The notes under the pieces are model-generated. The model did no database searches, was not told where the DNA came from, and saw only the letters and a program-made list of their open reading frames with translations. The position numbers and the translations under genes are program-made. This document shows positions 29,275 to 40,291 of a stretch of 64,000 bases of DNA, in pieces. Location of the stretch: positions 16,784-80,783 of IMG/VR virus record IMGVR_UViG_3300033142_000925, one strand, 5' to 3'. The stretch's first letter is position 1. Each line of letters starts with the position of its first letter. Source of the stretch: a virus.

Positions 29275-30392
29275 CAGTATATCACCTTATCATGGAGCCG
29301 GTCCTTCAGTTTAACACTGACACGGTTCACGAACGCTTTATTCTCTGAGTTCCGCAGCGTATGAAGGTTGGTCAAGGCTGTGAACGTCGGATGGTAGGTA
29401 AACTGGGCCGTATATGGAATTGCAGGCTTCGTAACGTTCCATTTTAGTTCATTTCGACCAAAAACCTCTACATCGTTGCCCGGACCGGTCGTATAATCGG
29501 TTCCGTCCTTCGTGATCACCCTCAAAACCCTACTCAGATCATAATAGGCTGTCACCACGTCGTTTCCTGCCACTAACGAGGGTTGAATTACCACCGAACC
29601 GATCTGCTCCTGCGAGAGGGCTGTGAATAGGTCCTCTGGCGCTGGTTGAGCCCAGTAAGGAACCACAAGTATTGCATCCGCATCTTCAAGGACATACGGC
29701 TGCTCGTACCTGATTCTCCCGGAGACGCCGGTAAGCATGAAGTCAAACGGCTTCACATACGTATAATCCACTTCTAAAACGTCACCAACTTCCCATGTAC
29801 CCATAGCAGTGAGGGTGATATATTCCTTTGTAGCACTCGCAACCGTATAGGTCTCTGTCTTGGTCGTATTATATACTCGGGTTACCTCATCAACAGATCC
29901 CTCATATGATTTGCCCTTCTCTATGAACCGGGCGGCCACTACTCTCAACACGTTGGTAGCGTAGACATCAGAGTTCTCGTCGGTCACGGCTACCAGTGGT
30001 GAATAGGTATAGGTTGTAGTCAGAAGCCGGTGCAATGCTGGATAAGGTGGGTCGAGTTGAATATAGGACCCATCAGCCGGTTGCGATACAGCCAGCACAA
30101 GCGGCACATCCTTATGAAAGACTTGCGGCGTTCCTATTACAGGTATGTACTTTGGATATACTCGACCGGTGCTGCTATGCCTTGCCACCTCATCAAGAAT
30201 CTGAAAGCTGTCCGGGTTCCTATAAATCGAACCACGTCCCGCACATACGGTACAATTCGGATCGGGTCTCATCGTGTCAGGGTTCAGACAGGAACATTTG
30301 ACAGCCTGCGTCCACCGGAGCCACTGTCCGTGTCGGGCGAGAGCTTCTTCATATCTGCGAACGGTTTGAAATGTCCTGAAGGCGTCAGCCAT
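29274..30392 (-). CDS. Head closure / neck protein
   Basis: W..A.KCSC....PDPNCTVCAGRG motif. Confidence 0.65.
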   Translation of the reverse strand: MADAFRTFQTVRRYEEALARHGQWLRWTQAVKCSCLNPDTMRPDPNCTVCAGRGSIYRNPDSFQILDEVARHSSTGRVYPKYIPVIGTPQVFHKDVPLVLAVSQPADGSYIQLDPPYPALHRLLTTTYTYSPLVAVTDENSDVYATNVLRVVAARFIEKGKSYEGSVDEVTRVYNTTKTETYTVASATKEYITLTAMGTWEVGDVLEVDYTYVKPFDFMLTGVSGRIRYEQPYVLEDADAILVVPYWAQPAPEDLFTALSQEQIGSVVIQPSLVAGNDVVTAYYDLSRVLRVITKDGTDYTTGPGNDVEVFGRNELKWNVTKPAIPYTAQFTYHPTFTALTNLHTLRNSENKAFVNRVSVKLKDRLHDKVIY

Positions 30393-30402
30393 ATCCTCTC
30401 CC

Positions 30403-31533
30403 CTACGTTATGATGCTGATCGGTATCGGTGCAAACTTGTACCGGTTCTTTTCCAACCATGAAGTAATTTCATCTGAATACTGTTTGATCCTCGCTCCAA
30501 AATAGGCGCTCGTTGCACTTTGAGTTGAGCTAAAGCTCTCACTGAGCCCATCCAGACTGACCGACTGGCTTGAGAATCCTGCCAGCAGCCCATCACCGAT
30601 GACCGAGAGACACTTAATTGTAGCATATTTAGCTATCACACTTCTAAGCCCGTCCGGTACGAGGTCGGCATTCTTGTATCCGGTCTCATAATCGAACTCG
30701 AAAGCGTCAGGGTACTTGGCTCCATTATTTCTTGTCCATAAGGGACCATACACAGAGTACGGACCATAACTGAAACCGCCCTGCGGGAACATATGAACCT
30801 GTCCGAGTTGCTTCTCTACCCTGAGCCAGTCATTCGCGATCATGTCCATAATCTCACCGCCGACCGGAGAGTTCCACTTCGCTCGGGTGACCTTGATGAT
30901 CGGAAAATGCCTGAACTGAATGAAGCCATACTTGGTCCACAGTTGTGGATCGAACTCATAAGGCTCATCCTCATTGGTATAATCCACACCTTCTCGCCAG
31001 AGCCTCGACTGTACCAGTGAATCCGCTGGTCGTGTGACCCATGACTTTCGTCGGATGTCCATAGTCAAAAGGGATTCGAACTCGCTCACGGCTTCCCGTG
31101 CAATCTGCCGGAACTGCTCATCCTCCCATTCACTCTGCGCAATGTCAGAACCGATACTATCGATTCCCCACATCATGGTATATCGTAAATCGTCAGGGGT
31201 GTAGATGTCTCCCCACTCTCCCGGAGGTGGTTTGTAATTTCCAAAGGTGTACCCGATCTTATCGACCTCTGTCCCACCCTGAATCGCTGCGGACTGATCA
31301 CTCTCCGCCCCCGCCGGTTCTTTAAAATAGGAGGTCTTATACCACTTCGTACTGTCGCCTGCCGCATCATCATAATAGTATTTTGTCTGTTCAGGAATAA
31401 GCGGAAGCCGTGTATTTACATCAGTAATCTCAACATACGCACCACCCTCAGTATCAGATCGATATATCTTGATCCGGTCATAGTATTCCAAAACATGAGA
31501 GATGTTATTTACGTCTACTAATAGTCTTACCAT
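30403..31533 (-). CDS. Head-tail adaptor (neck) protein with N-terminal Ig/FN3-like domain
   Basis: SSQSVSLDGLSESFS..SA...YFGARI; N-terminal IYRS...Y..Y.D..G...WYK. Confidence 0.7.
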   Translation of the reverse strand: MVRLLVDVNNISHVLEYYDRIKIYRSDTEGGAYVEITDVNTRLPLIPEQTKYYYDDAAGDSTKWYKTSYFKEPAGAESDQSAAIQGGTEVDKIGYTFGNYKPPPGEWGDIYTPDDLRYTMMWGIDSIGSDIAQSEWEDEQFRQIAREAVSEFESLLTMDIRRKSWVTRPADSLVQSRLWREGVDYTNEDEPYEFDPQLWTKYGFIQFRHFPIIKVTRAKWNSPVGGEIMDMIANDWLRVEKQLGQVHMFPQGGFSYGPYSVYGPLWTRNNGAKYPDAFEFDYETGYKNADLVPDGLRSVIAKYATIKCLSVIGDGLLAGFSSQSVSLDGLSESFSSTQSATSAYFGARIKQYSDEITSWLEKNRYKFAPIPISIIT

Positions 31534-31718
31534 CAGTTTCCTCCTGTCAGGGCGCTCGTTATTTCAGGGGCAACAATCTTCGCCCCTGCTGCATCGGGTT
31601 CACCCGTAACCTCTGCCTCCGCTATCTCCGGCTCTTTGGGAATACTCGCCCCTGCCACACTGGGAGACCCCGGAAGTGACGCAATCGTCAACGGTGTGAA
31701 TGCCGGATCAGTAGCCAT
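31533..31718 (-). CDS. Small Pro/Ala-rich protein
   Basis: 61 aa, coupled; shares P.FTP...A.LPG.P with upstream ORF. Confidence 0.55.
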   Translation of the reverse strand: MATDPAFTPLTIASLPGSPSVAGASIPKEPEIAEAEVTGEPDAAGAKIVAPEITSALTGGN

Positions 31719-31920
31719 AAACCAAACCCCTTATTATCAATTGTAACACACGATATACAGATGTCGGAGTGTGGGCCTTAACAAGCTCGGGACCTCCCGG
31801 AAGTGCCGCCCTTTCCAAGCTCGGAGTGAATGTGGGTAGAATACCCGCTCCCACACCCTCACCAAACCCATCCGTAATAATAAGATTGCTGTCTCCATAC
31901 CCTTCAAGAATCAAACTCAC
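31708..31920 (-). CDS. Small hypothetical protein
   Basis: 70 aa; LILEGYG / IITDGFG repeat; overlaps neighbours. Confidence 0.55.
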   Translation of the reverse strand: MSLILEGYGDSNLIITDGFGEGVGAGILPTFTPSLERAALPGGPELVKAHTPTSVYRVLQLIIRGLVYGY

Positions 31921-34166
31921 ACCCGAACCCTCTCAAAAACATTCTGATAGGCAGGGTTACCATCTACATCCAATAAATTAAAACGCATGACCTCAGTCAC
32001 ATTATCAGCCTTATAGAAAATCTCTTGATTGGCGTCCTCATCTATGAGCCTTCGTCCACCAGCCTGATCCCACAATAGGACCATAAACTCACCCATGCTT
32101 CCAGATATCGGAGTACCCGGAACAAGGTCCCACACCGCCGCAGATATGGTATTCAGAGACTTAATGGTATCTATCACTGTCATCCCGGCTGAGTTGTCAG
32201 TCACGATTCCTGTACCTTTGATTATTGCCAAACCACCTGTACAGGAAGCATCCAGTATGATAGTTACCTCACGGGCGCTTATATCAACAACACATCCCGC
32301 CACCGCATTCACTATCTGAACAGTTCCCGCATCGGCTATTAAAGAAACTGTCGAAGCTACACCGTTGAAGTCGATGATCGTCGGCACGCTTCCAAATGAT
32401 ACATTCCGTCCACTGACAAGACTCCCTGCTCCGAGCGTTATGGTATTGTACAGTCCACAACCCTCCATCAGGAGACTTGCCGTCACGGTGATCCCGTCAA
32501 CGAGACAATCAATAAACTGACAGTTGACCAGTGCGGCAGCCCCGGCGATATACAGTCTTTCAAATCCACAATTGGTATACGTATCAGCAACCCCGAGCGT
32601 GAATACATCCGAGACTACTGCCCCGGCTCCGAAGAAACTGTACCCGCTAAACGATTGTCCCGGCGTAACCGCTCCTTTGACTGAATACCTATACAGGTTG
32701 TAGTTGGCAGCTATCAAGATCGCATCAGCAAAGTCATCTACCGGAGCGCTTATCGTACCGAACGGAAATACCGTTCCTGAATCGCCACTACCAGAATCAT
32801 AATAAACCTGATCCCACGTCGGAATCGTAATGCTCTCAGGATTGATCAACTCGTTATCGACCGTCGCACCGTTAGAATTATCAGTGAGTTTCGCAGTACC
32901 TCGACAAACAATCGTTCCACCGGTCACCGTCGATTCCAAGATGATCTGCCCTGTAGCCATATCAATACTGACCGCATCGGCTCCTGTCTTGTTGATGAGT
33001 CTAATCCCACCATTGTACCCACGAAGTGCCAGCGGTTGACCTGCTCCACCGCAATCTATTGTCGGAGTCGCTTGTCCCGGCACACCACTGAAACAGTTCA
33101 GGATATGAGCAACTGCTGACCCACCTAACGTGATTATTCCAAGAAGAATAGAGTCGTGAATCTCTCCGTTGACATAGTTCAGCGTACCTACATGACAATG
33201 CTCTATCGTCGTCCCACCATCCAGCACCCCTGAAACGGTACAGTCTCGTATCTCACAGTTGAGAGTTAGTGCATCTGTACCTATAACCAAAGCAGTCTGG
33301 GTAGCATTCCTGCCGATCAGCGTGAAGTTCGCTACGTTGTCTCCCGATCCTAATGTGATATTGGACAACATCTGTAGCGTATCAAATCCTTTCACGTTAG
33401 CAATCAGAACCGCATCAGGTATGTTGTCCACCGGAAACTCTCTCGTACCTATTGGATAACCAATACCAGAGATTCCAGAACCGGTATCCACCCACACCGC
33501 ATTCTGATAACTACTGTACTGGATTGCTTCAAGTTCCTGCGTGGTACCCGATGATGATGATTCCTTCGAGACTGTGGTAAACGCGGTTGATATGAGCGCC
33601 GGTATCGGGTCGCCTACGTCATCAACCGCTACCAGATTCCCAGATTTAATATCGCACTCTACCACATGATAAAAGCTATACCCGTCTCCCGATTCCCACG
33701 TATCATCTGACCCACCCGTTAGTGGGTAGGTTTTCACGTGGGTCGCGTCTATCCGCTCAATGACTGTCGCCAGTGAACCATCGGTGTTGTTGAAAGCGAC
33801 ATCCCCCGGCTCGATCAGATCTGAAACGAAGTCAGCCAAACCATCGGTAAGGATAACGCCGGGGAGTCCATTTGTTGTTTCTCCTGCTGTGGTGGTCCCT
33901 GTAGAGGAAACGGTAACCCGTTGCTCAAACGCCAGTTGAGCATTCTGCAACGTAGCGGTGATACTTACTAACGAAGCCCCACCAAGCGCTTCCTTTCCAC
34001 CAGCATCGAGTAATGGTTTATCGTCAAGGCTTTCCTGTGCTGGCTCAAGTATACCGCGAATGGTATCCACCAAATCTTGAACTGAGATGGTAATGGACGG
34101 AGCCTCGACTACTATTACCCGAGGACTCCTCCACCATTCTACATGAACATCTGACCGTTCAGCCAC
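31917..34166 (-). CDS. Putative virion structural protein with duplicated beta-helix module
   Basis: Two copies of V..D.GSG.SG..[YF]P.GT...PVD...DA.LIA followed by beta-helix-like repeats. Confidence 0.6.
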   Translation of the reverse strand: MAERSDVHVEWWRSPRVIVVEAPSITISVQDLVDTIRGILEPAQESLDDKPLLDAGGKEALGGASLVSITATLQNAQLAFEQRVTVSSTGTTTAGETTNGLPGVILTDGLADFVSDLIEPGDVAFNNTDGSLATVIERIDATHVKTYPLTGGSDDTWESGDGYSFYHVVECDIKSGNLVAVDDVGDPIPALISTAFTTVSKESSSSGTTQELEAIQYSSYQNAVWVDTGSGISGIGYPIGTREFPVDNIPDAVLIANVKGFDTLQMLSNITLGSGDNVANFTLIGRNATQTALVIGTDALTLNCEIRDCTVSGVLDGGTTIEHCHVGTLNYVNGEIHDSILLGIITLGGSAVAHILNCFSGVPGQATPTIDCGGAGQPLALRGYNGGIRLINKTGADAVSIDMATGQIILESTVTGGTIVCRGTAKLTDNSNGATVDNELINPESITIPTWDQVYYDSGSGDSGTVFPFGTISAPVDDFADAILIAANYNLYRYSVKGAVTPGQSFSGYSFFGAGAVVSDVFTLGVADTYTNCGFERLYIAGAAALVNCQFIDCLVDGITVTASLLMEGCGLYNTITLGAGSLVSGRNVSFGSVPTIIDFNGVASTVSLIADAGTVQIVNAVAGCVVDISAREVTIILDASCTGGLAIIKGTGIVTDNSAGMTVIDTIKSLNTISAAVWDLVPGTPISGSMGEFMVLLWDQAGGRRLIDEDANQEIFYKADNVTEVMRFNLLDVDGNPAYQNVFERVRV

Positions 34167-34175
34167 ACTTTCTCC

Positions 34176-37100
34176 CTACGGTAGATTTACTACCGAGTCA
34201 GTATTCAATACCGCACCTATGGACACTCCCGCCTCACCGAAGATAGCGTCCGTTTCGAACGGTTCCTTTCCCTTAACCCTCGCTACCGCAACAAGATTGA
34301 TCGGCGCTACATACTGGATCAGATTACTCAAGCTCGCGCCACCCGCAGTTGTCTCGATAAACACGACGTGTGCATTATCGGTAGGTGTAAGATCCACACC
34401 TCCGGTGATATCTCCAATGGTTCCCGAGGCCAACGTGTAAATGTTGGTTACCCGGTCCACTGAACTATAGATAAAACTTAGATAGTTTCCCGTGTCGTTC
34501 GGGTCCAAAATCCTTATGACCCCTGAATCAGGTACGTCATTCGGTGTTGGAGATACCGAGCGGGTTCCAAGCGCCAGCAAGATTGTCGCGTCTCCCAGCC
34601 TATTATTCGGGTTCAATGTTCCGACTGTAAACTCACCGCGCAGGATAGCTCTACTTCCTACTCCATCAGATCGATATGCCGCTGCCTTAACCCCAGAAGT
34701 CAAACCAATAATCGCCAAGGTCTGAAGGTTCGGTGGATCGTAGGTGTCACCAGCATTGTCGATAAGCTGGATATTCCTAACATCTGCCGTAGCAAGGTAA
34801 CCCTTCTCGATGTACACACCCTGAGCGCCCTGAACCAGTGTACCGGCTCTTGCACCCATCTGAGATGCACCACGCACCTCTGTAAAGGTAGACCATGCCC
34901 GCCTGTAGATTCTGCCCTCGGTATAATCGGCATCCGTCAGACCGGCCACATTTACCTGATAAACCGATTCCTTCATTAAGATGAACTTCCAGTACTCATA
35001 CACGGCCTTGACCGCCTGAGCGTTTACCGGGGTTCCAGCAACCGTTCGAGTAATATCACCCGAAACAACTATCTTGTAGTTCTTGTCGCCCACACCCCCA
35101 CCGATGTCTTTCGGTGCGCCATCAGCCGCCGCCGCATCACCCCAATCTGCCACCACTGAGGGGGTAAAAGTTCCACCGGAACCGGCCCCTGTCACAAGGT
35201 TTACAGCGTTGAACGGAGTAGCATTTGCCATCTCAACATAAACGTAGGTGTCATCGTACTCCATGAAATATCCCTGAGCCCCCGAAGTGGCCTGAGTCAA
35301 AAGCTCGCCAAGAACAAGGGCAATCGAGGGGGTCGCAGAGGTGAGACGCTTCTGAACCATCATGACCCGAATATCGGTATCGTATCCAGCTACCTCATCA
35401 GCGACCGCATTCACGGTACTGGTAGCGCCAGAAACTACTCCGGTGATTGTATCAGTGTTGACAAGGTTCGTAGCGCCCTTATTGTTCCAATAAATTGTTC
35501 CTGTTCCACCGACCGTAGCCTCAGTAACTACAACCCGTTTCGTAATAACCCCCGCGCCATCAACTATGATCGCCTCTTCACCGGCTTCGAAGGTTCCTGT
35601 TCCACCACTCTGCGTGGATGAATACTGCGCGGTATTGTTGTTCAAACTATCAGAACCGTTCGAGATGAATACTGCATTCTGACCACCAGCAGGGGTGTTA
35701 ACCTGTGCGGAGTCATAGGTACTGAAGTATGGCCGCAAGTGCCATGTCAGCGATCCCGCGTTGATCAACTGTCCCAGTGCTGGAACGGTCGGGTTGATAT
35801 ATCTCGGATTTGTAGATGTCTTGATTTTCACCAGCGCATCCACATGACCTTCCAACCACCACGAGTCCTGAACCTCTTCGTCCTGCTCTAAGAATAGATC
35901 CGGCTGCGGAGTCGGGTTCGAAATACTGTAGAAGAATCCATGATCCCCGATAGCGTTGACAACTCCCGCTGACTGGTAGTTTCCGATGAGGTTGTTTCCA
36001 GCACTATCCTTGAAAGCTCCCTTTTCAATGAACCTGAAAGAAAGGTCCGGGATAAGATAGTCATTCAGAATCGTATACAACTGGTCTCGTACATCACCAT
36101 CAAGGGCCGGTTTGTCATCCAACTGCCCAAGCTCTTGAAATAGCTCAACCGCGTATGTGTAAAAGGCATTCGCACTTCTCACAAGGTTCAAACTGAGAGT
36201 GGGGAAGATACCTCCCTGATTCACTCTCTGTTGTTTCCGTGAACCGTCCGGGATGTTTACCAGTGCCCCGGTATCCAGATAGAAGTTCTGAGCATTCTCA
36301 ACCTCTGCAACTTTAAGCCATGTATCATCGGACTGAAGCACTTCGATGTCTGCCGCGTCGTTCCAGTTTGCTCCTGTCTTTCCAGCAAGTATAAGTTTTC
36401 CACTGGCGTCACCGTCGTCGATCACCGCAAGGACACGTCCCTGAATGGTATTGGCAACCGAATCCTGTATGACATCCCCTACCGAGAAAACCGAACCGGC
36501 AACAAGGTTGTCGTAATACACAACATCTTGAATGTAGAGCGCATTGTTATTGATCCATGCTGCCGCTGAAACGTCCGAGTCGATCACACGTATGGACCCA
36601 AGTAGCGCTGTCCCGAACACTTTCTGAGCGTACCCTTGAGCCCCTGTCACTCCTGTAGTATCAGATATACGTGCATCGTCCGGTACAATGAGCGTTCCAG
36701 CATCATCGTAGTGGATGATCTCACAGTTGTTCGTATCTGTCGCTCCCGGAACTTCAAGAATCCCAGCAACCTGAGTGGTCCCGAGTTTCACACTATTATC
36801 CGTCTCAGTTCCGTCTGCCGCACATACGTTTGTGGCACTGATATCCAGAGTCTCATCATTCACAAAACCCGTTGTCAGTGTGTCTCCGTAGAATGTACCA
36901 TGCCCTGCTACCCCATCAATATTGTACTCGATGAACCGGATCGTCATGATCCCGGTCGCGCCCGATATCACAGCCCCGATCCTGATCAGGTCCTTTCCAG
37001 CTTCGATCACTCCATCAAAATCAAGTGTGCTTAGGACTTCGATGAGTTCGTTGTCCTCGAATTGTCCAAGTACGTTGGTGAGGGCCAACACACCGGTAAC

Positions 37101-37277
37101 AATCGGAGTTCCACCGGTTACCGACAAAATCTTTCCAAGCGCCCCGCTGTCTGCTCCCCGAACGTAGTCGCCGACTTCAGGGGCATTCGATGTACCAATA
37201 TCATAGGTCAGGAGACCGTCGATATGTGATATAACTTTAGCACTGTAATTAAAATCCCAACAATCTGATATAGCCAT
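34176..37277 (-). CDS. Large putative virion structural protein
   Basis: 1033 aa; repeated F..G[ED].[IV]....SGA.G modules; C-terminus VNLP. Confidence 0.6.
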   Translation of the reverse strand: MAISDCWDFNYSAKVISHIDGLLTYDIGTSNAPEVGDYVRGADSGALGKILSVTGGTPIVTGVLALTNVLGQFEDNELIEVLSTLDFDGVIEAGKDLIRIGAVISGATGIMTIRFIEYNIDGVAGHGTFYGDTLTTGFVNDETLDISATNVCAADGTETDNSVKLGTTQVAGILEVPGATDTNNCEIIHYDDAGTLIVPDDARISDTTGVTGAQGYAQKVFGTALLGSIRVIDSDVSAAAWINNNALYIQDVVYYDNLVAGSVFSVGDVIQDSVANTIQGRVLAVIDDGDASGKLILAGKTGANWNDAADIEVLQSDDTWLKVAEVENAQNFYLDTGALVNIPDGSRKQQRVNQGGIFPTLSLNLVRSANAFYTYAVELFQELGQLDDKPALDGDVRDQLYTILNDYLIPDLSFRFIEKGAFKDSAGNNLIGNYQSAGVVNAIGDHGFFYSISNPTPQPDLFLEQDEEVQDSWWLEGHVDALVKIKTSTNPRYINPTVPALGQLINAGSLTWHLRPYFSTYDSAQVNTPAGGQNAVFISNGSDSLNNNTAQYSSTQSGGTGTFEAGEEAIIVDGAGVITKRVVVTEATVGGTGTIYWNNKGATNLVNTDTITGVVSGATSTVNAVADEVAGYDTDIRVMMVQKRLTSATPSIALVLGELLTQATSGAQGYFMEYDDTYVYVEMANATPFNAVNLVTGAGSGGTFTPSVVADWGDAAAADGAPKDIGGGVGDKNYKIVVSGDITRTVAGTPVNAQAVKAVYEYWKFILMKESVYQVNVAGLTDADYTEGRIYRRAWSTFTEVRGASQMGARAGTLVQGAQGVYIEKGYLATADVRNIQLIDNAGDTYDPPNLQTLAIIGLTSGVKAAAYRSDGVGSRAILRGEFTVGTLNPNNRLGDATILLALGTRSVSPTPNDVPDSGVIRILDPNDTGNYLSFIYSSVDRVTNIYTLASGTIGDITGGVDLTPTDNAHVVFIETTAGGASLSNLIQYVAPINLVAVARVKGKEPFETDAIFGEAGVSIGAVLNTDSVVNLP

Positions 37278-37280
37278 AGT

Positions 37281-37604
37281 TTACTCCTTAAACTCTTTGG
37301 GCCACTCGTCTTCAGGTATGCCCCACTGCTTCGCCATCTCTACGAAGGCTTGCTTTTCGTCATGGAACGCCTTTATGAGCCTGCCATTACGCATCCAGAT
37401 AAGATTCCCAGACACGGTATTTACTGTTTTCACAGCGCCGCACAAGCGACATCTGTGACCATCTATGAATACACCACAGGAGGGGCATATGGCATTAGCC
37501 CGTCCCTCCTCAGTAGATAGATCGGTACTTACTTCAACTTCGACCTCTCCTGAACCGTCCATGGCTCGTAAAGTTTCCTTCTTTGTAGTCTTCGTCTTAG
37601 CCAT
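37281..37604 (-). CDS. Zn-ribbon protein
   Basis: CPSCG....CRLCG. Confidence 0.6.
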   Translation of the reverse strand: MAKTKTTKKETLRAMDGSGEVEVEVSTDLSTEEGRANAICPSCGVFIDGHRCRLCGAVKTVNTVSGNLIWMRNGRLIKAFHDEKQAFVEMAKQWGIPEDEWPKEFKE

Positions 37605-37613
37605 AAAACCCTC

Positions 37614-39878
37614 CTATGGTAAATTGACTGACTTATCTCTGATCATCGTAAAGGGAACACTGAAGGTTCCCGTTATGGTATCACTTGCTGCGTTGAACTT
37701 GAAGCCTTTCTTTCTGGCAATCACGCTCACAGCTTGACTTCCTTCATAATTATAGTTGTCCGTAAAGATGCCGCTCGCGTTCGTGACACCCTCCGTGATC
37801 AACACCCCTACATCAGTCTCAATTCTTACATTAACATCGGACACTGCCAACCCTGCTTCGTTTTTACAGGTCACTGTGAGAGACACCGTATTGACGATTA
37901 TCACCGCGCCTTGAGGACTGCCCGTAAAGTAATCGCTTCCGGGATTCGATGTTCCCGAAGCGTTGATTTTCACAATACCGTCCCGGTTGACCTGAAATCG
38001 GCAGTCATAGGTTTGTGATCCCCATGTTCCAGTATAGGTATTACACGTCTCGCTTCCTGAACCGGCAGCAAGGTACTCAACCTCCAACCTATTGGTAGCA
38101 TCCCCGCCTGAGTACTCGATAGCTATATGATATTCGGTCGCGGCGACTAAGGTATACTCGTCCTCGAACTCAAAAGATACATCTGCAAAAGAGGTTAGCA
38201 GTGTGGATATATCGAGCGTGTTGCTCGTTGCCAACGCGGTCCCGGTAGGCGCACCACCTGAATTGGCGTACAGCTTGCAAACTACATTTCCGGTCGGAGA
38301 GTTCTGCTTGCGGATACTCCAAATAGCCCGCGATAGACTTCCCGCCGTTCCTGTGAACTGCTGAGCTACTCGGGTTATCGAGCCTGAGTAGACATCAACA
38401 TCCCCATCCTCTGTAGGTTGGTAGGAATCGACCAACGTCGCGTTCGTCGAGTTCTCGATATCTCCGGTCACCGATCCGGTGAAGACCATATCGTCGTATC
38501 CGAAGGTTCCAACAACAGAATGATGAGCGCCTATAGTACACGCAACAAAGGAACAATCCTTTACATTGTGCGACGTGGACGCGAGCCGGACCGCTCTGCC
38601 CGGTGAATTGATAAACTGGCAGTATTGAACAAGCAAGGTAGATACAAGAATCTCAGCGCAGTTTTCAAAGGTGGATGAGAGTACCTTCTTGTCTATGTTC
38701 TCCACCTGTAGTGTGATTGTCGATAGATTCTGAAATATACAACCTCGAACACCGAACTTATCGACGTTCGTATCCGAAACATCCAACAACACGCCCACTG
38801 ATCCTGCGTCTTTGACGGTGAACCCTGAAATACCCCGTCCACCAGTTTCAGTTCCCATATAGATTTCGGTCGTACCTGTCCCATTGCCTACGAAATTGAG
38901 TTCGTAGAAGTCGGCCGGGAATGCGGTGTCTTTGAAAACCAGAATCTGGGACTCATCCTCAAAGAACGTGTTATCCGTCCCTACGTTATCCCCGATAATG
39001 ATCTTCCCTTGAATGAAATAAACTCCCTCTTTTTTTTCTATGATCCCGAACTTCTTGAGGTCCTCCCCATTGGAGGCATCGGTCATGAAGTCATCAAACG
39101 TAGCAGGAGCGCCAGAGGTGCCTTGCTCTAAGGTCAGACCTGTCCCATAGTACATAACATCCCACCAGCAGTTGATCTTTGAACCAAGAGCGGTAACCGT
39201 GAAGGACCAGCCCACATAATCGATATCTTCTGGATGCGGACCTATCGTGTAGGATGCTTCGATATTGTCATAGGCCGCATCCACGTGCATGGCAAACGGC
39301 ACCCATCCACCATCGTAACCCTGATCAGACCCGGCAAGCTCCCACTCCCCGTAGTTGTTGGTCGTGATCGTAGTAACTGAGTTAGTGGTCCCCGCTCCGG
39401 TCCCGGTTGGAATAGCCATCACGGAGCCTGAGACAATCTGTGTGGCACTCTCCACATACCACGTATTGGTCCCGTTATCATAGGACAACAGTTGCCCAAT
39501 CTGAACACCGTCATCAGTGACTTGTTTACCAACGTCAGAGGCCACACAGTTGATGTATCCCGCAGAAGATAGCGTGAACCATCTAACCTCGGCCTCGACC
39601 CTCATAATGATCCCACCATTGGCCTTGAGGTCAAACTGAGAGGGGGTAGCACCGAGCATCCATCCGACAATCAATCCCCCGCTCATATCAGTATGTGTGC
39701 CATCACCCGCTGACAGTAAATCGTAGAGATGGACGGAGGTCGTCTTGGATACCTTCTTGGAGAGCGAACCTGTTCCTTCGACATAGACCTCCTCATCCAG
39801 CGTGGGCGAACCACTCCAATCGGTGGTTGCGTCTGCTGCTGAGATTAAGGTCATATTAGGGACGACTACGCCTGCCAT
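37614..39878 (-). CDS. Putative virion structural protein (beta-helix + C-terminal Ig-like domain)
   Basis: F.NC-type repeats; C-terminal LTVTCKN..G...EGVTNASG; ends VNLP. Confidence 0.6.
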   Translation of the reverse strand: MAGVVVPNMTLISAADATTDWSGSPTLDEEVYVEGTGSLSKKVSKTTSVHLYDLLSAGDGTHTDMSGGLIVGWMLGATPSQFDLKANGGIIMRVEAEVRWFTLSSAGYINCVASDVGKQVTDDGVQIGQLLSYDNGTNTWYVESATQIVSGSVMAIPTGTGAGTTNSVTTITTNNYGEWELAGSDQGYDGGWVPFAMHVDAAYDNIEASYTIGPHPEDIDYVGWSFTVTALGSKINCWWDVMYYGTGLTLEQGTSGAPATFDDFMTDASNGEDLKKFGIIEKKEGVYFIQGKIIIGDNVGTDNTFFEDESQILVFKDTAFPADFYELNFVGNGTGTTEIYMGTETGGRGISGFTVKDAGSVGVLLDVSDTNVDKFGVRGCIFQNLSTITLQVENIDKKVLSSTFENCAEILVSTLLVQYCQFINSPGRAVRLASTSHNVKDCSFVACTIGAHHSVVGTFGYDDMVFTGSVTGDIENSTNATLVDSYQPTEDGDVDVYSGSITRVAQQFTGTAGSLSRAIWSIRKQNSPTGNVVCKLYANSGGAPTGTALATSNTLDISTLLTSFADVSFEFEDEYTLVAATEYHIAIEYSGGDATNRLEVEYLAAGSGSETCNTYTGTWGSQTYDCRFQVNRDGIVKINASGTSNPGSDYFTGSPQGAVIIVNTVSLTVTCKNEAGLAVSDVNVRIETDVGVLITEGVTNASGIFTDNYNYEGSQAVSVIARKKGFKFNAASDTITGTFSVPFTMIRDKSVNLP

Positions 39879-40282
39879 TCAGCCTCCCTCTTCTTTGCAA
39901 ACTCGGCGATCTCTACACGGTCGTCTCCCCGGCAGTCATAGGACAAGCACGAGGCTGGTGGGTTCGGCCATACAGAACATTTCCCATCGATATGATAAGG
40001 ACACCCTTTATGGGGATCGACCGCCAAGGTAGCGAGATGAGTAGGCCGACCTGTTTTCTCTTTGAGCCAGTCAGGTGTATCGATATAGTGCATCTTGAAC
40101 TTTCGGTTCAGGAACTCATCTCGATTCATGACGGGGAATAGACTCCCTTTGCAACACGGAGCCTCACACCCTTCACACATGGATGGTTGACGCGGACCTT
40201 GCTCTATGGTCGCTACTTTGAGTTTGTCGCCGTTAGCGGCTATCGTGATGTTCCACACTTGAACAAGGTGTTTATCTTCCAT
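39866..40282 (-). CDS. YkgJ/CxxCxxCC cysteine-cluster protein
   Basis: CEGCEAPCC...GCPY..GKCSVW..PASC..YDC. Confidence 0.8.
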   Translation of the reverse strand: MEDKHLVQVWNITIAANGDKLKVATIEQGPRQPSMCEGCEAPCCKGSLFPVMNRDEFLNRKFKMHYIDTPDWLKEKTGRPTHLATLAVDPHKGCPYHIDGKCSVWPNPPASCLSYDCRGDDRVEIAEFAKKREAEWQA

Positions 40283-40291
40283 CCTGTTTTC

